Shown here: positions 59,049 through 64,000 of the stretch, piece after piece | How positions within the stretch are numbered: position 1 is the stretch's first letter | Layout of the letters: each line of letters begins with the position of its first letter | Source: a virus | Strand: one strand, 5' to 3' | IMG/VR virus record: IMGVR_UViG_3300036942_000180 | Span: 33,795 to 97,794 of that record | Length of the DNA stretch: 64,000 nt | Program-made: the position numbers and the translations under genes | The notes under the pieces: generated by a model | What the model was told of the DNA's origin: nothing | The model's database searches: none | What the model saw: the letters and a program-made list of their open reading frames with translations, nothing else

Positions 59049-59429
59049 CTACCAAAGCCCTTTTACTTTTCTATCATTATATTTAACTTCTTTCTTTTTT
59101 TCTCTAACAGTATTTGACTGTAAATTATTCTCATGTCTCCATTTAGCTATTGCAGAAGGATGAGAATTTAATTCACGTGCAATACTATTATCATTTAAAC
59201 CTCTTTCATATAATTCTCTTCTCTTTTCTTTTTTATCTTTCTTTTTAAAATTAGATTCTAATCTTTCTTTATTCATTTCTTTTCTTTCTTTACTAACATT
59301 TTCCTGTAAGTTATTCTTTCTCCTCCAATTCTCCACTATTCTTGGACTTATATTTAACCGACTGGCAATTTCCCTATCAGACATTCCTCTCATAAATAAT
59401 TGCTGTATAAACATTTCTAATCTTTTCAT
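59049..59429 (-). CDS. Tandem HTH DNA-binding protein
   Basis: GMSDREIASRLNIS...WRRKNNL and GLNDNSIARELN...WRHENNL; early motif 59503-59519. Confidence 0.75.
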   Translation of the reverse strand: MKRLEMFIQQLFMRGMSDREIASRLNISPRIVENWRRKNNLQENVSKERKEMNKERLESNFKKKDKKEKRRELYERGLNDNSIARELNSHPSAIAKWRHENNLQSNTVREKKKEVKYNDRKVKGLW

Positions 59430-59516
59430 AATTAATCCCTCCTAATTATTTTAATAAATCAGACTTAAGCATAGTTAAATGCTTAAGTCCATTTGTTCAT
59501 TATAATAATATATCTT

Positions 59517-59726
59517 TCATTTTTTATTTATTACACTAGCTATCGCTCTCATTGTGATGAACGCAAAGTATACTATAAATGTCTGATAAAAGAGCTTCAT
59601 GAATATAGTCGTAACAAGAGTCACATGTAGTACGTTATATACAAGAGTCAGTACAATGGAAGTCTTTAAAATCTTAATAAACTTGTTCCAAAAAGAATTA
59701 GAAACCATTCCATCAAAGTAGTTCAT
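59517..59726 (-). CDS. Small membrane protein
   Basis: Hydrophobic ORF; start uncertain. Confidence 0.45.
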   Translation of the reverse strand: MNYFDGMVSNSFWNKFIKILKTSIVLTLVYNVLHVTLVTTIFMKLFYQTFIVYFAFITMRAIASVINKK

Positions 59727-59830
59727 TAATGAATAACCATCTAATATAAATTTATCGATAACTAAGACTGCTATAAATGACTGTAAAAATTGAAAGAAAC
59801 TAAATACTATTATATTAATATTATCACATC

Positions 59831-60970
59831 CTAGTCAGATGGAGTAGTCAATTCCACAATTTTTTCTTCTGAAATTTCTATATCTTGTTCCATCTCTATA
59901 TATTTTTGAACTGTGATAGGTAAAGTATATTCCCTATCAGTAATAAACTTATACTTATCTAGTTCCTCTTCTTTCTTCTCTTTTTCTTTCTCAAACTTTT
60001 CACTATTATCTATTTTAACACCCTTTTGATTGTTAAATTTTTCTTGGATAATAGATAGATTACTAGCGTCTTCCGCAGTTTGATTGCCTAACTTGAACTT
60101 CACATTGTCATACTTATTTTTAAGGGATTCTAACTTCTCCACCTGTTCTTCAATATCTTTATTAAGATCTACTACTTCATTGATTCTGAAAGTCATGTAT
60201 TCAGGAGCTTCAGTGTTCTCTATGAAATCAACATCCAGTTCGGTGCTGTCAGGGTCATACAAAATAGATAGGAAACCTTTAGGTTTTTCTTCTCCATAAG
60301 CAAACCTACTAAAAGATCCTGGATAGTAAAAATCGTTATAGAACTTTCTACTATGAATATGTCCCATCATCATCCCAGCATGATAATATTCAGCAAATTC
60401 TTTACTATCAAATATAGGTGCAGAGCTTAACGTACTTTCACTCTCTTGTTGTTGCGAGGTAAATGCAGAAAAGTCCATGGTACAATGTGCAAAGATCATA
60501 TCATACTTAGTCTCTTCATCTACTTCTTCAAAATATTCCTTATAGTATTCATGATAGTCACTCATATATTCCTCTGGCATATGAAGTACTACGAAATTTT
60601 CTCTCATTTCTTCAGCGTGGACTTTATTGATTATTTTAATGTCACCCTTACGTTCTAAATATTTAAAATTATCCAATTGTTGATAATCATGAGTTTGAGT
60701 TCCTTTAAGTATTCTCAATGAAATATCATTATCTAAACATAATTGAGCTAGATCATCTATAAAATCAATAGCCAATCTAACTGTCTTATGATTAAAACTA
60801 AACTTTCTATGAAAGATATCTCCACCCACAACTATAAAGTCTAAATCATGTTTATCTTTTTTAGCTTTACTTAAAAATATGTTATACAATTCATCTGTTA
60901 ATTTTTTATCATCATTCGCACCATAGTGTAAATCAGTAACAAATAGTCCATATATCTTATCATTTCTCAT
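59831..60970 (-). CDS. sbcD: SbcD/Mre11-like nuclease
   Basis: TDLHYG, GGDIFH, KGTQTHD, GHIH, YPGS; late motif 60994-61005. Confidence 0.88.
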   Translation of the reverse strand: MRNDKIYGLFVTDLHYGANDDKKLTDELYNIFLSKAKKDKHDLDFIVVGGDIFHRKFSFNHKTVRLAIDFIDDLAQLCLDNDISLRILKGTQTHDYQQLDNFKYLERKGDIKIINKVHAEEMRENFVVLHMPEEYMSDYHEYYKEYFEEVDEETKYDMIFAHCTMDFSAFTSQQQESESTLSSAPIFDSKEFAEYYHAGMMMGHIHSRKFYNDFYYPGSFSRFAYGEEKPKGFLSILYDPDSTELDVDFIENTEAPEYMTFRINEVVDLNKDIEEQVEKLESLKNKYDNVKFKLGNQTAEDASNLSIIQEKFNNQKGVKIDNSEKFEKEKEKKEEELDKYKFITDREYTLPITVQKYIEMEQDIEISEEKIVELTTPSD

Positions 60971-61017
60971 TAATTAATTCCCCCTTATATAATTATATTT
61001 TTGTTTCCTTTAATTTT

Positions 61018-61599
61018 TTAATTTATTTTAAATCCTTCCATTCTAATTTCCATTATTGCTTTTTGAAATTCGATATTATAATTCCATTCATTGCAATAGT
61101 CGCTGATAAATTCTTTTTCTTTACTTTTTAATATTAAAGAAGAAATAACTCTTGATTTATTATCGCAAGTATCAATCATTGCTTTTATTATTCTTTTATA
61201 TTTTACTTCTTTTATATTATGATAATTATTTAAAGGATCTATTAAAGGGAAAACTTCATCATTAAAATTGAAATAATGAGTGAAAAAATTATTGAACTCA
61301 TCATATCCAATTTTCCAATAATCTAATAATTGATATACAGCCATAAATAAGTCATAATATTCCGAGTTACTATCACATAGTTCTATTATTTTTAATATAG
61401 AACTTGAAACTTCAGATTCACTTAGTATTTTTATTTTTCGATTAAGATAATTTCTAAATAAACTTATTATTTCTCTTACATCTTCTATATCTTTATATTC
61501 TTCATCTTCTAAAGCAAGAATAAATTCGTTTCTCATATGGAACATCCTGTCTCTATTTCTTAGTTTCTCTAATCTATTAATAAGTTTAGGATCATTCAT
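61018..61599 (-). CDS. Hypothetical protein with C-terminal motif
   Basis: Ends QKAIMEIRMEGFKIN. Confidence 0.65.
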   Translation of the reverse strand: MNDPKLINRLEKLRNRDRMFHMRNEFILALEDEEYKDIEDVREIISLFRNYLNRKIKILSESEVSSSILKIIELCDSNSEYYDLFMAVYQLLDYWKIGYDEFNNFFTHYFNFNDEVFPLIDPLNNYHNIKEVKYKRIIKAMIDTCDNKSRVISSLILKSKEKEFISDYCNEWNYNIEFQKAIMEIRMEGFKIN

Positions 61600-61611
61600 A
61601 TAATAACCTCC

Positions 61612-61833
61612 TTATTCTTCTTCCATGTAACCACCAGAAATATTATCATCCAATATCTTATTCAATTCGTCTTTAGAAACTGTATCATTATAAATATGCC
61701 CTAATTCTGTTTGCAATATTTCTTTAGCTTGCATGAAATTACTTAAGTTAACATCTCTCCCATTTCTTTTAAGTGCCTTTTCTATTACATCAGCATCAAT
61801 GCTAAACTTGATATCTACTTTTTCCATTTCCAT
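61612..61833 (-). CDS. Hypothetical protein
   Basis: 73-aa ORF in array. Confidence 0.6.
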   Translation of the reverse strand: MEMEKVDIKFSIDADVIEKALKRNGRDVNLSNFMQAKEILQTELGHIYNDTVSKDELNKILDDNISGGYMEEE

Positions 61834-61835
61834 TA

Positions 61836-62315
61836 TTAACCTCTCCTTTTTAATTTGATTTCTAATAATAATTTTTTTCTAATAGTTTCTATTTGTTTAT
61901 AATTTTTTTTAATATAATTTATTACTTCTTTATCATTTAATAATCTTAAAATACGATCAATCATAAAGATATCTATATATTCTTTATTATAATATATTAA
62001 TTCCATCAAATCAGGGATTAAATACATTTTTTGAATTTCGTCTGTCTTTGCTCCATAAGATATACTATTAAATAACATACTTATATATCCAAATATTATA
62101 GGTTCATAATATCTATTGTCAGTAGGAATATATTCATTTAATAGGTAATTAAATTCCTTATTGAACTGATTCAACGAAAAATCAGTATTGTCTATATTTT
62201 CCCTTAATGAATTCCTATACATTGTGTAAAATTCAGTTGCTCTCTGATCTGCACTCTTATTAACTTTTAAGAGTCTTAAAGATTCCTTATCATTTAGATA
62301 TTCCATATTAATCAT
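61836..62315 (-). CDS. Hypothetical protein with C-terminal motif
   Basis: Ends KKLLLEIKLKRRG. Confidence 0.65.
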   Translation of the reverse strand: MINMEYLNDKESLRLLKVNKSADQRATEFYTMYRNSLRENIDNTDFSLNQFNKEFNYLLNEYIPTDNRYYEPIIFGYISMLFNSISYGAKTDEIQKMYLIPDLMELIYYNKEYIDIFMIDRILRLLNDKEVINYIKKNYKQIETIRKKLLLEIKLKRRG

Positions 62316-63048
62316 CTCCTAACTTCATTTCCATTTCAATCTTGATCCTATCTTTTTTAGGAAAGAATTGAAGTAAAATATGGTAATCATTATTTATATA
62401 GTTTAAAGCCAAGCAAATTTCTTTTCTTTCTTTATAGTTACTGAGATAAGAAGAAAGAATCTCTAAAATTTCTTTGTTATAATCATAATCAGAACAGTAG
62501 TAATAGAAATGAGAAATTACATTTACTATAAAATCAATTTTATTATATTCTTCATAATATAATAAAAAATCTAAGATAGATTTAATCAAAGAATCTAATT
62601 TCTCTTTTTCTATGAATTTATAATAATACTTGTATCCATTAAAAATGCTATAGCTATTAACTACAAAATTCTTCTTAACTAGATGTTTATACATATCAGT
62701 TATCTTTATTAGTTCCTCAATAGCTATTCCTTCTCGATTTTTAACATATCTATCTAAATGATAAATAATTTCATCAAAAGGAATCATATTCTCCATTAAT
62801 TCTATATCAAAACTTGTATAGGTGTAGACCATCTCTCTTAATTTATTATAAAATGGATAATACGTGTTAATATAATCCCACTCAGTCATTTCAATAGTTA
62901 ACTCACTATAGTTAAGAAACCTATCAATAGTTTCCCTCCATAATACACTGTTAGTATCTCCATCAAAGACAAAATCGTTTACGACTTTTCTATCAGAAGA
63001 ATGACTCCAAAATCTTTTTTCATTAGTAGTATCCATTATTTTCCTCAT
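62308..63048 (-). CDS. Hypothetical protein with C-terminal motif; paralog of 63023-63766
   Basis: Ends IKIEMEMKLGDD. Confidence 0.7.
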   Translation of the reverse strand: MRKIMDTTNEKRFWSHSSDRKVVNDFVFDGDTNSVLWRETIDRFLNYSELTIEMTEWDYINTYYPFYNKLREMVYTYTSFDIELMENMIPFDEIIYHLDRYVKNREGIAIEELIKITDMYKHLVKKNFVVNSYSIFNGYKYYYKFIEKEKLDSLIKSILDFLLYYEEYNKIDFIVNVISHFYYYCSDYDYNKEILEILSSYLSNYKERKEICLALNYINNDYHILLQFFPKKDRIKIEMEMKLGDD

Positions 63049-63766
63049 CTCCCAATTTGAGTTCCATTCTTATCTTCTTTTGTTCTTTATCGGTAAAGTA
63101 TTTAGTTAATTCTTCATCACCCACCCAGTATTTCGAAAGTAAAAATTCACAAGCTCTTTTCTTAGATTTGAAAGTAGTTAAATATTTGACTAATATTTTA
63201 ATTATTTTTTCCCTATGAGGAGTATTTCCCATCTCAAACAAAGGGAATCCATACTGTAAGATCAAATTTTCTGGGAGTTTACTGAATTCCACAAAAGTAT
63301 CAAACGATTGCCTTATAAACCCCTCCACATATGGGAAATCATTTTCATATAAATAACTATACCACATTATTATATGATCAGCATTAACTATTCTATTTTT
63401 ACTCAGTAGATCATTATAGATATCATTAAATAATATTTTTTCATGAGTCAAAACTTTTCCTTCAAATGTACTTAAATAAGTAAAGAATATATCTATAATA
63501 TGATTAAAATCTAATGGTGTGAGTGTATTAGAAGATTCCATTATTTCTTCGTGTTTTTTAATTAATTTATTCAGTTGAGTTACAAATAAATAGTCTACAG
63601 TAGTAACTGATGCCATTGTAGGTTTATATGTCTCTTGCATATTTTTCTTTTCTTCATATTGAGTTTTCATATATTCTATATCTAAAAATTCGTTAATTGT
63701 TAGTTTCCAGTTAACTTCACCATCTATATACACAATCTCATTAAATCCATCGAAGTTTTCTATCAT
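63023..63766 (-). CDS. Hypothetical protein with C-terminal motif
   Basis: Ends KKIRMELKLGDEENNGYY. Confidence 0.7.
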   Translation of the reverse strand: MIENFDGFNEIVYIDGEVNWKLTINEFLDIEYMKTQYEEKKNMQETYKPTMASVTTVDYLFVTQLNKLIKKHEEIMESSNTLTPLDFNHIIDIFFTYLSTFEGKVLTHEKILFNDIYNDLLSKNRIVNADHIIMWYSYLYENDFPYVEGFIRQSFDTFVEFSKLPENLILQYGFPLFEMGNTPHREKIIKILVKYLTTFKSKKRACEFLLSKYWVGDEELTKYFTDKEQKKIRMELKLGDEENNGYY

Positions 63767-63768
63767 TA

Positions 63769-64000
63769 TTAATACCCCTTTTCTAATCTGAACTCCATTT
63801 TTAAACGCTTTCTATCTTTTTCAGAAAAATATTTTGCTAACCTTTCATAATGAATATCTGAGTTTTCTAAGTATTCACAAACTCTTTTTTTATACTTATA
63901 TGAATCAAAATATTTAGATATTATTTTTATTATTTTTTCACTATGATTTAATTTTTGACTTCTAAACAATAATAAATTACCTAAAATTAATTTGTCATAT
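63769..64000 (-). CDS. Partial third paralog with C-terminal motif
   Basis: Frame open to window end; ends KRLKMEFRLEKGY. Confidence 0.65.
   Translation of the reverse strand, partial: YDKLILGNLLLFRSQKLNHSEKIIKIISKYFDSYKYKKRVCEYLENSDIHYERLAKYFSEKDRKRLKMEFRLEKGY

Noticed and set aside
5815-60658. Short antisense ORFs in the track (e.g. 5815, 8384, 10635, 11865, 15657, 27457, 31190, 52495, 56621, 60084)
   Set aside because: Shadows of longer genes or intron RNA; no RBS or recognisable motifs
1-64000. tRNA or rRNA genes, phage nucleus shell or tubulin
   Set aside because: None recognisable by eye in this window; not excluded elsewhere in the genome

Overview
AT-rich 64 kb segment of a phiKZ/AR9-like jumbo myophage genome, mostly minus-strand. 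The host is probably an anaerobic Firmicute, inferred from class II and III ribonucleotide reductases, a rubrerythrin-like gene, a Prp protease and a YneA-like protein. Many apparent gene fragments in the ORF track are exons. By hand I reconstructed five spliced genes: two phage RNA polymerase beta C-terminal subunits, recA, a MoxR AAA+ ATPase and dnaB. They are interrupted by 10 group I introns (7 ORF-less, 216-316 nt class; 3 with endonucleases) and 1 group II intron, and nrdJ carries an intein. Two recurrent promoter motifs are visible (9 early-like TATATTAT sites and 12 late-like AACA-N6-TA sites). The most striking unexplained signal is a shared C-terminal peptide, [KR][KR]xx[ML]Ex[KR][LMIV], on about 20 otherwise unrelated hypothetical proteins, including a 72-aa ORF wedged between the MoxR ATPase and its VWA partner. 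This is a candidate phage protein-tagging or sorting system. Other oddities are an in-frame amber codon in the rubrerythrin-like gene, anti-Shine-Dalgarno elements in 3' regions, and a structured leader inside an intron. All calls are from motif recognition and manual inspection; no database searches were run.
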